Source of the DNA: the human T2T-CHM13v2.0 reference genome, Homo sapiens
Length of the DNA: 64,000 bases
Strand: one strand, 5' to 3'
Assembly (NCBI RefSeq): GCF_009914755.1
Contig: NC_060932.1
Part shown: piece by piece, positions 1 through 16,999 of the stretch
How positions within the stretch are numbered: position 1 is the first letter of the stretch
Layout: each line of letters starts with the position of its first letter
Program-made: the position numbers and the translations under genes
Notes under the pieces: model-generated
Databases searched by the model: none
The model's input: the letters and a program-made list of their open reading frames with translations, nothing else
What the model was told of the DNA's origin: nothing

Positions 1-133
1 TTTGATGCTCGCTCTCTCCTGAGCATAAACTCCTCACCACATTCACCTTGGTACCCACTGCTGCTTACATGGCTCCTGCTCCGTGGGAACGTCCCGCAGA
101 TGTTTTCCTAACCAAGGTGCTTTCCCGTTGCAG

Positions 134-189
134 ATCGTGGCAGGTTGATCGGCGGCTTGCCTGACGTGGTGACCATCATGGAAGGGAAG
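134..189 (+). CDS. MYOM2: MYOM2 penultimate coding exon (56 nt), (N)RGRLIGGLPDVVTIMEGK
   Basis: Acceptor tttcccgttgCAG (131-133) and donor GTGAGG (190-195). After 2 nt that complete an upstream codon, it reads RGRLIGGLPDVVTIMEGK, the start of the last myomesin Ig domain, and joins in frame to the exon at 1397. Confidence 0.95.
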
Positions 190-1396
190 GTGAGGATTCT
201 AAACTCGGCCGGGGTGGGGGTGTCAGCACGGTGCGATGGACGCAACCCCTTCTCTTGGGGCGGAGCAGAGGGAACCCAGTGAGGGGCTTCTGTGTCCTCA
301 CTCAGCCTGCAGGGAACCCAGAGTCCCCCCCACTTTTCTGCCCCTCCTAGACGGCTTGGAATAGCCCCTGTATTCTCAAAGGAAGGAATCACATAACATT
401 CCGAATCCACAAACCTGTGTTCAGAGGAACACGTTGTGCCACTCAGGCACCTCAAGGCAAGTGCTGTGGCTTTGGGTGTTTCTATGCCCCTGTGGCCATT
501 CACCCAGAGGAGCAACTGCAGGATGAGGCAGCCACACTCGCCCTGACCTACCTGCGTGTGTGAAGGTGCAAGCCCCCTGCTTCCAGTGTGAAACAGCACA
601 GCTTTTACAACACGAAGGAAAAAAAAATCTCTGCTCCTATTCTCAAGGTCATTGTGGAACACATCGTGGAAGCCACTTATTGGAGTTTAATTTGTTGCCT
701 GTCGGGAGAATTATTGATATCTAATTGATAGCTGTCTGGTTGCTTCAGTGGGTCTAACTCAATGTCACAGGGACAGAGATACTTGAGAAAATTTTATTAG
801 CCCAAAAGACAAAAATTTATAGACGTCTTCTTTAGTAGCTAATGGAAGCCTAGAGAGCTCTTGAGATCTCATCTTAAGGATGTAATTGAGAAATTAGCAA
901 TCGTTTTACTTTATCCTAGGCTGAAAGCATGTTTTAACTAAGCTTCAAGAATGCATTTTTTTGCCTCCAATTTACCAGTTATAAAACGATATATTCAATG
1001 GGTTTGCCAGAGGAACTGGTAAGAGGGATCCATAACTCTAAATAGAAAGGAAATTTGGGAGCAGACTGGATATATCTACTATAAAACATAGAGCTTAATT
1101 AAATTACTTTCAAATTCTTTAATTGACTTAGGCTATGGATAAAAGCTAAGAATAAATAGGACACATGCTCACTGATTTTTTTACGAGCTCGCCTGTGAAG
1201 TGGTGAACCTGTTCCCTGCTGTCCTCTGCCTGCTCTGTCCAGAGCGGCGCTCATGTACATAAAGGCTTGTTTCTAAACAAACGATTGAAGGACCAATAAA
1301 TGTAACTGAGTGTGACCTGGAGCCCACCGTCCGAGGGGGTGACATGACTTTCCTTTTTCTAACTCTTCCTTCTCCACCAACCTCTTCCGTCCAAAG

Positions 1397-1714
1397 ACCT
1401 TGAATCTGACCTGCACGGTGTTTGGAAACCCTGACCCCGAAGTGATTTGGTTCAAGAACGACCAGGACATCCAGCTCAGCGAGCACTTCTCGGTGAAGGT
1501 GGAGCAGGCCAAGTACGTCAGCATGACCATCAAAGGCGTGACCTCCGAGGACTCGGGCAAGTACAGCATCAACATCAAGAATAAGTATGGCGGGGAGAAG
1601 ATCGACGTGACAGTGAGCGTGTACAAACACGGGGAGAAGATCCCGGACATGGCCCCGCCCCAGCAAGCCAAGCCCAAGCTCATCCCCGCGTCTGCCTCAG
1701 CGGCAGGCCAGTGA
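1397..1714 (+). CDS. MYOM2: MYOM2 terminal coding exon: C-terminal Ig I-set domain (My13) plus tail
   Basis: A pyrimidine tract (~1348-1392) and AAG acceptor (1394-1396) precede TLNLTCTVFGNPDPEVIWFKNDQDIQLSEHFSVKVEQAKYVSMTIKGVTSEDSGKYSINIKNKYGGEKIDVTVSVYKHGEKIPDMAPPQQAKPKLIPASASAAGQ*. I-set hallmarks (L-x-C, GxPxPxxxW, DSGxY) are present and the sequence matches the known myomesin-2 C-terminus. TGA is at 1712-1714. Confidence 0.96.
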   Translation, partial: TLNLTCTVFGNPDPEVIWFKNDQDIQLSEHFSVKVEQAKYVSMTIKGVTSEDSGKYSINIKNKYGGEKIDVTVSVYKHGEKIPDMAPPQQAKPKLIPASASAAGQ

Positions 1715-2192
1715 AGGCGTTTTCCTAGCCTGGAGATGGGAAAATATGCTTGGCAGAGACAGGAATGCTGTGTGCTTGTTCCAAATGAGCAGCTGGCATC
1801 CGAGTGGTGTCCTGTGTGGGCTGATAGTTGATCACACATTGTGCTTTTGATTTTTGCATTTGGTGATGAATATTTTATACCCGTCTAAGGGAGAAAGCTA
1901 ATGTTTTCCACAAGACTGAACAACGTGTATTTACACGAGGGTAGACGGCAGATGCCTGACAGAGAGTGGGTTGGCAGACAACACACTAGAATTTTCACGG
2001 GTGTGGGCACATGGGTGTGGCACCTGGACGTGTGCAGCATGTGGCGGTCTGTGTGAAGCCACCGTGCTTCTCTTTGGGGGGCCGCGAGATCTAGCATCTC
2101 TGAAATCCTGGCTGTCGAGGCTTTGAAGCATGTGTTACCTGGTTAAGCTTGTTTTCTCTTGCTTTAGGCAAATAAAAGTTTAAAAATCACCT
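1715..2192 (+). other. MYOM2: MYOM2 3' UTR (end approximate)
   Basis: Runs from the stop codon to the expected cleavage site ~15-20 nt after AATAAA. Confidence 0.8.
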
Positions 2193-2210
2193 TGTTGTGG
2201 TTTTCCTGTA
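2171..2210 (+). terminator. Polyadenylation signal with GU-rich downstream element
   Basis: AATAAA at 2171-2176, followed by cttgttgtggttttcctgt at ~2191-2209. Confidence 0.85.
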
Positions 2211-3207
2211 CCAAATCACACCTACCTGCCCCTGCTCACCCCCTGGCTTGTTTAATTATGGGTTATCATGCACTTTCACGGCTGGTGGGGTGCAGATAGT
2301 GCACTCACCCTCCAGAGAGCAGGGCATGGTGAATCACACCCCCAAAGCCCCTCCGACCCACGGGGCTGGGCTGCTGGCCCCCAGCGGCACCCAAGACGGC
2401 ACCAGTCCTAAGAAGTGTGCGTTTTGTGCAAGGCTTAGAAAGGCCACCTAGTGATTATACCACGGATCTAAAAGTCTCTGTAGAGGAAAATGAAATGCAA
2501 AGATGGCTCTGTTCTTTTTTAGTGTGCTAATGAATTAGGAAGGGATTTCAAAAGAAAGAAGGCACTCATTCAGAATGATCACTGCAGTAGCCATGGAGGA
2601 AAAATAAAAACTTGGCTGCCTACACAAGGCCTCTTGGTGAAGTTAAAAAACGTGTTTAGGAGGAACATACCCTCTCTTTGAACTTTTTCCTCCTTTGTTT
2701 GGAAAGAGGCTGAAATTCTTCTGGCATAAAAATCCCATTTCAATATTTTAGTTTTATTGTTGCTTTATAACAGAAAAAGCTTTGATAATTAAGAATGTTT
2801 TACCTTTCTGTGTCATTAAGGGCAATCCAAATTTTACGAGAATTTGTTATATTTTTCTAAGGTAATAATACAAATCCTGAGAATTAAATATGTCCCCAGT
2901 AACATAAAGCTGGCTGAGCTGGTTTCCATGGCAGTAAAGTGAGTATCAGCAAGAATTTTATTTTTGTTATTTCTCCCTTTTCTGTCGTGCAGATGAACTT
3001 GAGCGGAGTTTGTTCTTATTGCGTGGTGGCAGCCGCGTTTTCCAAAGCGTGCTTGGCAAGGGTAGGCGCAGACAGTCTCAGTTTGACCTTGATTTAGTTA
3101 AACAGATTTTGTTTATTTTCCAGTTTAAACAGTCATTTTTGTTTAGCAATCGTGGTTCATGGGAAATAATTCAAATGGTTGTGAATTTCTTGAAGCCATA
3201 TATACTA

Positions 3208-3625
3208 TTTTTAATAGACCTCCTTTTTGAGCAGTTTTAGGTTCACAGCAAAGTTAAAAGGAAGGTAGAGATCTCCACTCCAACCCCTACCCCCACCACA
3301 GCTTCCCCCGCTACCAACACCTCCCACCAGAGGGATGTGCTTGTTACAACCGCTGCACCCACACTGACACGTCACCATCCTCGCAGGCTGGAGTTTACCC
3401 TGGGCTCGCTTCTGGCGCTTGTTACAACTGCTGCACCCACACTGAAGCGTCAGCATTGCCGGGGGCTGGAGTTTACCCTGGGCACACTCCTGGTGCTGTT
3501 GGCTCTGTGGGTTTGGTCGGGTGATCAGGACTCAGGTCCACCATTGTAGCATCATGCACAGTCTTTTCTCTGCCCTAAAAATCTTCCCTTCAACCACTGA
3601 GCATTTTACTGCCTCCATAGTTTTG
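3208..3625 (-). mobile_element. Old L1 3' end (L1MC1/2-like) with an internal 78-bp tandem duplication
   Basis: ttttaatagac...gagcagttttaggttcacagcaaa...tgccctaaaaatc...caaccactga...ctccatagttttg follows the L1MC 3' UTR. Segment 3339-3416 is repeated at 3417-3494. Confidence 0.7.
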
Positions 3626-3644
3626 AGTTATAATATTTTTTAAA

Positions 3645-4925
<1,281 letters not shown>

Positions 4926-6783
4926 ATGCAAATGAATATCTCAAGATATGTGATGCCAGTCGGATCACCCCTACTCCCTCAGGGCAGAATGCGGAGAACT
5001 GAGCACCTGGAAAGACATCGAGGTCGCCCACTGCCTGTGCCTGGAAGTCCTGGGCTTGCCCCTCTTGGAGGAAGTCAGGGTTCCGCCCTTTCGTCGCTTT
5101 TTAAGAATCCGTGCATGTGGCAGTGGAGGCAGCGAATGCTCAGCACGGAGAGGGCCGTGGTTGGAGCTCTTCGCCTGAGTCGTTTCATTTGACAGCTGTG
5201 AGGATGACACAAAACAAGGAACGGGAAGACACCAGGAGGGTACAGAGTCATTTGCCGAGGTATTGATTCTGTGAAAAAATTAAATTTTCCTAGAGCCATT
5301 TGGAAATGCATTTCATACGTTGTCGGCATCCCACTTCTCTGTCCCTTAGTGCTTTGGTTTTTTCCCAAGAACAAGGAGCAGAGTGTTCCCTTGTGTTTCC
5401 ACAGCACAGCTCTTAAAGTCAAGGGACCCGACCGTCACACAGCAGCGTGATCTGCAGTCCATATGCTAACCTTGCCAGTCATCCCGATAATGTCCCTGGA
5501 GGCGTTCCCCAGCTGGAGTCCAGGATGCGGTTTGGGCTCACGTGTTGGGTTTAGTTGCCACAGCTTTACTTCTCTGGAAGACCCTTCTTGGTCATTAGTG
5601 ACGCGGGTAATTTTGGAGAGCCCAGGCCAGCTGTTCCACAGAGCAGTTCTCCTTCCGGGACCTGCCCAGGGGTCTCCTGACTCCATCGGGGCTGCACGTC
5701 CTGGGTGTGTGATGGCATGTGTATTCTGAGAGCTCAGTTACAGAAAGAATGAGTTTGACATTCACAGGATTATGAAATACGGGGCTTCGGGGTGGAAGTG
5801 AGGCTTTTTAAATAAATCAAATAGCTGCTAAAAATGACTATCAGTTCAACAGCTTCTGTGGCCACCTCTTGAGAATCGTTAGATAAAAATTGCTGGTGCC
5901 CAGCTGAAGAAGTTATCTTCCTGGGAGATGCTGAGCCCAAGAGAGTAAAGGTTGTGTCTGTGGGAGTGTAAATGGTGGAAATTTGACTCAGCATGAAAAA
6001 AAACAATAGTTCCTCAAACTAACAATGTTAGGAGTCATTGGCTTCCAAAATGGAGTCAAGGGCTAACAAGAGTGAGACAAACATTTTTTGCAGACTAACT
6101 CATTCCTGCTTATTACCTGGAGAATGTGCTAGTGTGTTCAGCTCATATGAGACATAGAAGGATTTTGCATTTTACAAAAGTAAGTAAAACTGCCCATAGA
6201 CTAATTTTTATGCTTGATTTTAGCCAAAGGGAGAGAAGTGATCATATCCCATTTTTAAGAAATAATTTTGAAGCCAATTAATTTCTTTCAACTCTACCTT
6301 CTCAGGCCAGAATGAAATTGTGTAAGGTTAGAAAATGAGCCCAAGACCCCGTACTGGGAACCACGTTATTTTTCAAGCCTCGGAAGGACATGTTGGAGGA
6401 AGTGCTGCTTCGTGCAGAGATAGAGAGACCCAGGAACAGAGGCACCATTTATTTTGTAGGATTAAGTAGACCTCACTTTATGTTAAATGGATATGGAACA
6501 GTGAGATGTACTGCAGATAAACGAAGAGGCATTTATACCATTTATTAAAAAATTGGCTACTTTCTAAAGGATTCACACAAAGTTTCTTTACTGTACAAAC
6601 ATTAAGCCAAGACCTATTCCTTATACTGTATCACAGCTGCACTTTCATTTTTGGAAAAGGAGGATCATTCTGTGTGTGTTTCACTGGCTGAGAGTGAAAA
6701 TATGCACCATGGACAGGTCATGTATGGACCACACCAGCCTCACTCCATGGGTGACAAATATGTGGCTGATGGCAGAGCGTGCA

Positions 6784-7117
6784 TTTTTTTTTTCTTTTTT
6801 CTTTCTTTCTTTCTTTTTTTTTTTTTTTGGTGAGATGGTGTCTTACTCAGTTGCCCAGGCTGGAGTGCAATGGCATGATTGATCTCGGCTCACTGCAACC
6901 TGCACCTCCTGGGTTCAAGCCATTTTCCTGCCTCAGCCTCCCAGGTAGCTGGGACTGTATGTGCCCGCCACCACGCCTGGCTGATTTTCATGTTTTTAGT
7001 AGAGATGGGGTTTTGCCGTGCTGGCCAGGCTGGTCTCGAACTCCTGACCTCAAATGATCTGCTCGCCTCGGCCTCCCAAAGTGCTAGGATTACACAGGTG
7101 AGCCACCGCACCTGGCC
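6784..7117 (-). mobile_element. Alu (AluS-like), full length
   Basis: Poly-T, two monomers, ends gagccaccgcacctggcc. Confidence 0.95.
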
Positions 7118-7214
7118 AAGCGCGCGCTGTTTTTTTCCCACAAAACCTGTAACCCAGGAGTACAGTGGGAGTCATCACGGGAACTTTCAGGACTTAGAAG
7201 ATTAGAAACCATAA

Positions 7215-7556
<342 letters not shown>

Positions 7557-7602
7557 TAGGCCATTCTTTACCAATCCTCTTTGTGCGTGTGTGTCTACAT
7601 GA

Positions 7603-9320
<1,718 letters not shown>

Positions 9321-9910
9321 CGTTTCTCTTCATGGAAGTTTTTATGTGGAGTGCGGGTCTCTCCTCCTGTCCCACTTATATGTGGTCTTATAGATGTTGA
9401 GGGATATATCCGCTCTGTCTTTAGGCCTCCTCTGCACATTCACTTTTTAAAATGAGGCTGTTGGAAAGTTGGGCTTGTTCCTCATTGCTTTCAAAATTGT
9501 TTTGTCCCTCTAGGAGTAGAAAGTTGACTTTTGCACACATTGCTGGCAATAATTAACACAACTGGTCAAAGTATGTATCTCCATCACACATGTCTAGATA
9601 AAACTATAGATGACATTTGTGATTCCCATATAAAGTAAATCACCAACACCCAGGTTTACCTTTGTCTATCGGGCACACGCGCACCACAGCACACAGGAGG
9701 TGACTCAGTGTGGAGCCCTTGGCTGGCAGTCTGCGATCTGTCGAGTCAAGTCCAGCCGATTTCCCTGGTGCTGAGATGCCCCTGCTGGCCGCTCCAGCTT
9801 TCAAGCACAGTGTGGCCTGGGGCAGGTGGGCTGGATGTTGGCCAGTCACACGGGCCTCTGAGCTTTCTTCTGAGACTCTCGGGCTGAAAGCATGGGCCAC
9901 CTGGGGTGGG

Positions 9911-10224
<314 letters not shown>

Positions 10225-11773
10225 GGTGTTTTTTAAAACACACTTGCTTCCCTTAGATCACCTTTGATGCCTACCTTGTTAGAAAAGGAACTCTGTTTAA
10301 AAGCCTTCCCGAGGCTGGTTCGCAGTGGCTTGGAGTTTTGAGCTCAACTGAGGGTGGCGGTTTATGGGAGAGCTCTCAGTGGCTTCTCTGTGTCTTCAAA
10401 GGATTCGGCCAGATCCTTTCCTGTGGACGCTGCCTCTCACCCGGTTTTTGTCTGCCCCACTTGGGAGTCATGCTATAAGGCAGTCGTGCCCTGAAATGCT
10501 CTCATTCTCAGCCTTTAAAACATTCTTATGACTAAATTCAGTGAACCTGGAGAAAAGTCCTCCAACCTGCTTCACTCTGCTCCAGGCCCTGTGAAGCCTC
10601 TAGATGTCACTGGGAGAACAGACATGGAGCGCCTCCCCTGCCGCCAAGCCAGATCCATCTTTTTGATGCAAACACATCACTTAGTGACTGGAAGATTATT
10701 AAAGGCATTATACTTACCCCAGTGACAAGGACAGGTCCAGCAAATTACAGTTTCCAGGAAATAGCAGGTCATTTTGAAGGCAATGATATAGCTTCTTAAT
10801 CTGCACATGATACACATTAGGAGGGATAAAACGTATCTTTTGAGATATTACAAGGCTCTTATTACATCAGTGAAGTCATAAAAATGTGTGATCTATCTAT
10901 ACATTAAGTTTGGGTATGAATTTTAAATATTCCATGTTTCAAAGAGGCATGTCAAAGGGAGCGGGCTCACTCATTTTTCAAAGCAGTAAATTACAGCATT
11001 GAAATATTTCACATGAAGCATGTGATACTGCAAAGCTATCACAGGGTGAGGCAGGGCCTGAGAAAGGAGTTTCTGGGTCTTCAGGGAGCTGTGTTCACCC
11101 TGGTGTCCTGATCTGCCCTTGAGCTTTTTCTCCATGGTGGTTCAGCCTCGCAATTTTCATAAAGACTTCCTCATGTTTGGGAAAAAGCAGTGGTTGGGAG
11201 CCATTAGAAACTTCTCTTATGCTTTGTTTTGTAGAGGCTAAACATGGTCAACACTTGTGATTTTTATTTTTTTAATTGCCTTTTTGAGCTGCAGTTAAAC
11301 AATGAATGGAAGGAAAGATTGCATATAATAGTCCCATTTTTCACTGGCTTAAAAATAGATGAATATCTTATTTAGACATCATTTTACCTGTAGGATGATG
11401 ACCATATTTTTTAAAGGGGGGCATATTTAAAAGGTATATTGAAGGGGAATAATAAAAGGGAATATTAAAAAGGTACATTAAAATGAAAATTAAAATAAAA
11501 GATCCCAAACTGATTGAACTTTATGACACCAAAAGAAACACCCAGCCCCTCACTGCCTCTGCACTGCTTTAATTCTTTGCTTCCACTCTGGTTCATCATT
11601 CACATTCCTTCATATCTGCTTTTATGTTACTAAGATGTGAGTCTGCTTCTCAGTAACACAAACATAATTTCTTTTAATATATTGCTGTCAAAAAGCAATG
11701 AACCCGGAGTGTACCAGGAAGAACACAGAATCCAGCTTTGGTCCTGGCTCTGTTGGAGGCTTGGCTCTGCACC

Positions 11774-12153
11774 TGATAGGGTTCAGCTTTGTGTCCCCAC
11801 CCAAATCTCATCTTGAACTGTCATCCCCAGAATCCCCACAGTCCCCACATGTCAAGACAGGGACCAGGTGGAGGTGATTGAATCATGGGGTTGGTTTCCC
11901 CCATGCTGTTCTCCTGATAGTGAGTTCTCATGAGATCTGATGATTTTACAAGGGGCTCTTCCCCCTTCACTCAGCACTTCTTCCTGCTGCCTGGTGAAGA
12001 AGGCACCTTGCTTCCCCTTTCCCTTCCGCCATGATTGTAAGTGTCCTGAGGCTTCCCCAACCATGATGAACTGTGAGGCAATTAAACCTTTTTCCTTTAT
12101 AAATTACCCAGTCTCAGGCAGTCCTCATAGCAGTATGAAAACAGACAAATACC
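11774..12153 (+). mobile_element. THE1 (THE1C/D-like) ERVL-MaLR solo LTR
   Basis: TGATA...tgtgtccccacccaaatctcatcttgaa...gagatctgatg...attaaacc...aaattacccagtctcagg...aatac. 5-bp TSD gcacc (11769-11773) / acacc (12154-12158). Confidence 0.9.
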
Positions 12154-12278
12154 ACACCCTTGGACAAACTGCTTTTCTTTTTCTGTGCCTCAGTTTTCTT
12201 CTCTGTAAAAGTTGGGTCAGCAGTTCTCAAATCGAGCTGCATTCATGTGCCCAAGGGGACTCTGCTTTCCCCCGCTGT

Positions 12279-12391
12279 AGCCCCCAACCCCCGATCACAG
12301 CTCTTGGTCACACTCCCCACTCACAGCCCCCGGTCACACCCCTCGGTCACACTCCCCAGTCACAGCCCCCGGTCACACCCCTTGGTCACAG
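12279..12391. repeat. Short minisatellite, ~39-bp unit built from ~13-bp (g/c)tcaca subunits, ~2.7 copies
   Basis: cagcccccggtcacacccctcggtcacactccccagtca is repeated with variants. Confidence 0.8.
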
Positions 12392-13603
12392 GCTCGGGTT
12401 TCGTCTTGTATGTTGCTCTTTCCCACAAGAGTCCTGTCCCAAAGGTTCTCGGGTTTTTGTTTTTCAGGTAGAATCATGTAGTTCAAAGGTTTTCTAAGCT
12501 ACTTCTCAGATCTAAAATTTTAAGAAATTATAATTTGTCTTTCTCATTTTGATGACTAGCTAATTCAAAATCTCTGCTCCTAACCTTTAGATGTGCTGAG
12601 GGCTGAACGCAGCGGTGCCTGTCAGGTGGGTGTCTGGGAATAAACACAGCCCATGCCCTTGGCCTTCTGCACTGACCACTCATGGCTCCTTGCCCAAATC
12701 AGTTTGCAGAACTCTCAAGTCCATTAGAGATCTTCTCTTGGTTCAGTGGTAACAGAGGCTGCACCATCAGTTCAGAGACACGGCTGTAACAGCAGCCCTC
12801 ACCATTTGTCTGTTTCCTCTTCATTCCCACATCCTAGTCAAACCATTAACAACGTTTAAAGAAACAGGTCACCATACTAATGAGGATGGCTGGTCTCAGA
12901 GTCTCCACTCAGTGAGAAACTAAGAAGCAGGTGGTATTTGAGCAGGTAAATCCTGATATTGCAGGACTCACCTGCAGCCGGCAGAAATCAGGCCCAGACA
13001 GGAGGGAGCAGCGCCCAGGACCCAGCCCAGGTGAGCTCGCTAATGAGGCAGAGAGTGCCTCCTAGCCAGGTGCTGAGGAAGTGCCAGACTGGATGTCAGG
13101 ACAGTGGGGACAGCAACAGGGTGTAGACCTAGGAGCAAAATAAGACTAAATCTTCTGGAGCTCTGGCACCAGAGACCTCAAAGCTTCTGGGAGCCTGGGC
13201 CCAGAACAGACCTTCTTGCTGGGAAAGGGATCGTATGCTGGTTGTGGTAGCCTAAGGCAGGCTGCAGCCAGCCAGAGGGACAGGGAACCTAGGGACTTGC
13301 TTCAGCGGGTGGGCGTGGCCCTCTGTTGGGTGGGCGTGACAAGCTCCACCAGGTGGGTGGGGCCTGCATCAGCACAGCCTGCTCCATCAAATGGGCAGAG
13401 CCTGCTCCAGAAGTGGGAACCTTCCAACCCCACTTCCAGGCTGCCGTTTGCTGTCACAGAGTGACGTTTTCAGCATGGCTTCAGTTCTTTTGCCCAAACA
13501 GAGGAAAACTTGCAGGTATGTATTTCCGTGTTTTTCTTTTAAAGATTGCAACAAAAAGAAAAAACCCAAGTCCTTCTATTCATCTGTCAACTAGGCTACC
13601 TGA

Positions 13604-14044
<441 letters not shown>

Positions 14045-15084
14045 TGAGCATTGGAGACCACCCAGCCCTGGGCTCCTCTGCCTCTTAGTGCTACCAGTGC
14101 ACAGAATAGCTGCTCACTAGGGATTGGAATCAAGCAATACGTCAGTGGGTGGACACTGCATTCATTACAGCAAGAGTTCACGTTATTAACTGATATGCAC
14201 AATGCTGGTACAATCTTACTTTCTTTGGGATCTTTAATGTGAAATGTGAGATAACTTAGTTTGGCACCAAGGTAAATTTTGTTTAGAATTATTTGTGAGC
14301 ATAGGATTTACTGAGCAAAAGAGTGAACGTGAACAAGGTCATAGAAGAAATGTTTACACTCACTAACTCTGTTTTCCAGTAAGCTTACAGCACTATTGCA
14401 AACATGCAGGCAATTAACACACCGAATCCTTAGTATTTATGCGCCGCGGCTCCATGAGGGCAGAACACCTGTGTTCTTCACGGCTGCACCTTTGCTCTGA
14501 GAGCCTGCCTGGCCCACGACAGGTGCTTCATCAAGATTGCCTAAAGTTAAAGAAATCGAAGCAAATCACATCAGAGCCTCTGCTAGATTCGTTCTTATTA
14601 GCCCACCTGGCAGGACTAGAGACATCCGAGGAAATATCTAGTTAAAAATAACCTGTAAATCAGCCCTGGTACATATTAAAGCAAACACTGCTGCGTATAT
14701 TATAATTTATCAACCCAGATGAACTTGTTCTGTCTGTATATAACCAAATCAAGAACAACTGTGCCACTTTGTAAATTCTAAAGGATAATTTTGGAAATTT
14801 TTGCTGGGGTACTCTCTTCTGTTTGTTTTTTCTTCCCTCCATTTCTCCTTCTCTCCTATCCGTGTTTGCTATGCATTGATCTATTTTAGTTTTGTAGTTT
14901 TATAATTAAAAATTTAAAAACACTTAGAACACTTCAGAAAAACATGTGACAGGGAAACGCACAGGCATGTGTGTACACACTTAACTATTCGAGGTCGTTA
15001 AACCTGGACGCCCATCCTTTTCCTGTCTACCACTCCAGAGTTTACCACTGTCTTGCTTGAAGTTGGTACATAACATTCTCTTGC

Positions 15085-15381
15085 CTCTTTTTTCCCCCTC
15101 CCCTCCCTTTCCCTTCCCTTCCTGACAGATTCTCGCTCTGTTGCCCAGGCTGAAGTGCAGTGGCAAGATTTTGGCTCACGGTAACCTCCGTCTCCTGGGT
15201 TTAAGCGATACTCCTGCCTCAGTCGCCTGAGTCGCTGGGATTACAGGTGCCCGCCACCACACCATGCTCATTTTTGTATTTTTAGTAGAGACAGGGTTTT
15301 GCCAAGTTGGCCAGGCTGGTCTCGAACTCCTGACCTCAGGTTATCTGCCCGCCTCGGCCTCCCAAAGTGCTGGGATTACAG
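15085..15381 (-). mobile_element. Alu (AluS-like) with CT-rich tail, lacking its first ~20 nt
   Basis: Alu body ends at gctgggattacag and is followed by a 25-bp-period duplication (actccatctatctccctgg x2, 15383-15426). Confidence 0.9.
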
Positions 15382-16124
15382 CACTCCATCTATCTCCCTG
15401 GAGTCAGACTCCATCTATCTCCCTGGGGTTGCAGATTCACGCCCTGGTATTCTGGGCTTAGCCTAGATACAGACCCCGTGTATTTTTTTTAACAACGCAT
15501 TTTTTTTTCATGATTTTGCTAGCATAAAGTACTCATGGAAGGATAATTTAAAAATATACACAATGGAAAGGTACATAAAAGCCCACACAATGCAATTAGT
15601 GGCAAAATTAACAGGGCACAGAGAGGGCTTAGCACAAGACTGGCTCATTGTCATGGCCAATAATAGTTAAAATTTACTGAGAAATTGCTACAGTTTTATA
15701 TGGTTGGTTTCTCTAAGTCTGACAGCCTTGATTCGAAGAGTAACAGGAAATACTTGATCATAGCCACATTTATTGCTTTATTATATTTCGTATATATATT
15801 TGAATATATATTTATACATATAAATGTATATAACATATATATAATTGTCTTAGTCTTGTCATGCATTTATTTGTTTGTGTTTGTAGAATGCCTCTGAAAT
15901 GAGAGCTCCTATAATTCATAACTGAGGCTACAGTTTGCATCTGGGGGCTGTGTTTGTTTTTCCCAGGGCCCACTCATACCCAGTCACATACCCACGGTGC
16001 TGCACGAATGCTGTGCTTGGGAAGGGCCTCCCTGGTTTGCTGTAAGTCGTATGTGCAAGGCAATATCAACTGAGGTGGTTGTGGCGAGTGAAGAGTTTTT
16101 TAGTAACGTTGATTGAGGTAGCCA

Positions 16125-16320
16125 TAGTGAGTGGCCCTGTGACTGGACTTGGAGATCAAAGCATGTGGTTCAGACTCCATTTCTGCTTCTGACAAATGGT
16201 GCAACCTGCCAGTGCCATTTCCTTCCCATCTTTGTAGAGTGTTGTGTGTAATGGGGCAGCTCATGGACTTCCCAGAGGCTCATGTGCAGCTGGATGCGTG
16301 AAAATGCTTTATAAATTAAA
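16125..16320 (+). mobile_element. MIR fragment
   Basis: actggacttggagatcaaa...ggttcagactccatttctgcttctgac...ggatgcgtgaaaatgctttataaa, resembling the MIR core. Confidence 0.5.
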
Positions 16321-16999
16321 AAGATGCCATGTGCAATACAAGATGCACATATATTACAGATTTCTGTGTAAATATCACAGGAAAATGTTACAAAGTTCTG
16401 CTCCATGACTTCATAATGAGTAGAAGGCGATTTTTTACATTAAAAATGGTAGGTGACAGGTTCAAAAGAGAGGTTCATGCCATGCCTACCTCCTGCCCTC
16501 ACAGTGGTAGAAGCACAAAGAGCCGGGGCCTGAGGCATCTGTCTTTCCTTCTAGAAGGTATAGGAAGCATCCCTCTTTCCTTCGAGAAGGAATGGGGGGG
16601 CTGTTCCTCTCTTTGACACCTGCTGCCCTGCCTTTTCCACTGAGCCACACGCTGGCACCTGTTTCCACAATTTAGGGTCTGTTTCTTGGAGCACGTCTCT
16701 TCTTGTTACCAAATTCCATATCAGTTACGATATGCCTGCCCATAAGTAACTAGGTAACAAAACTTACCATTGCTTAAAAAGAGTTTTATTTTCTCACATC
16801 TCAAGGAGTTTGCTGACAAAACCAAAACTGAAACAACAACGGTAAGAATTTTGACATGCTCCTTAACAATGAAGATGTGGAGGTCTTGAACGTACCACTT
16901 ACCATTTTAGAGCTTAGCAAGGTGGTCTAAGGTTTGTTATTCTAAAAGTCACCAGAATCAGGGGTTTTGCCACTAATATCTAACTTGCTTTAAAGAAAA

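Noticed and set aside
108-662. 184-aa minus-strand ORF, and those at 1181-1666 and 1273-1839
   Set aside because: Antisense shadows of MYOM2 exons and intron with no recognisable product.
11349-11358. MEF2-like TTAAAAATAG near a muscle gene
   Set aside because: A single degenerate AT-rich 10-mer in AT-rich DNA is expected by chance, and there is no supporting cluster.
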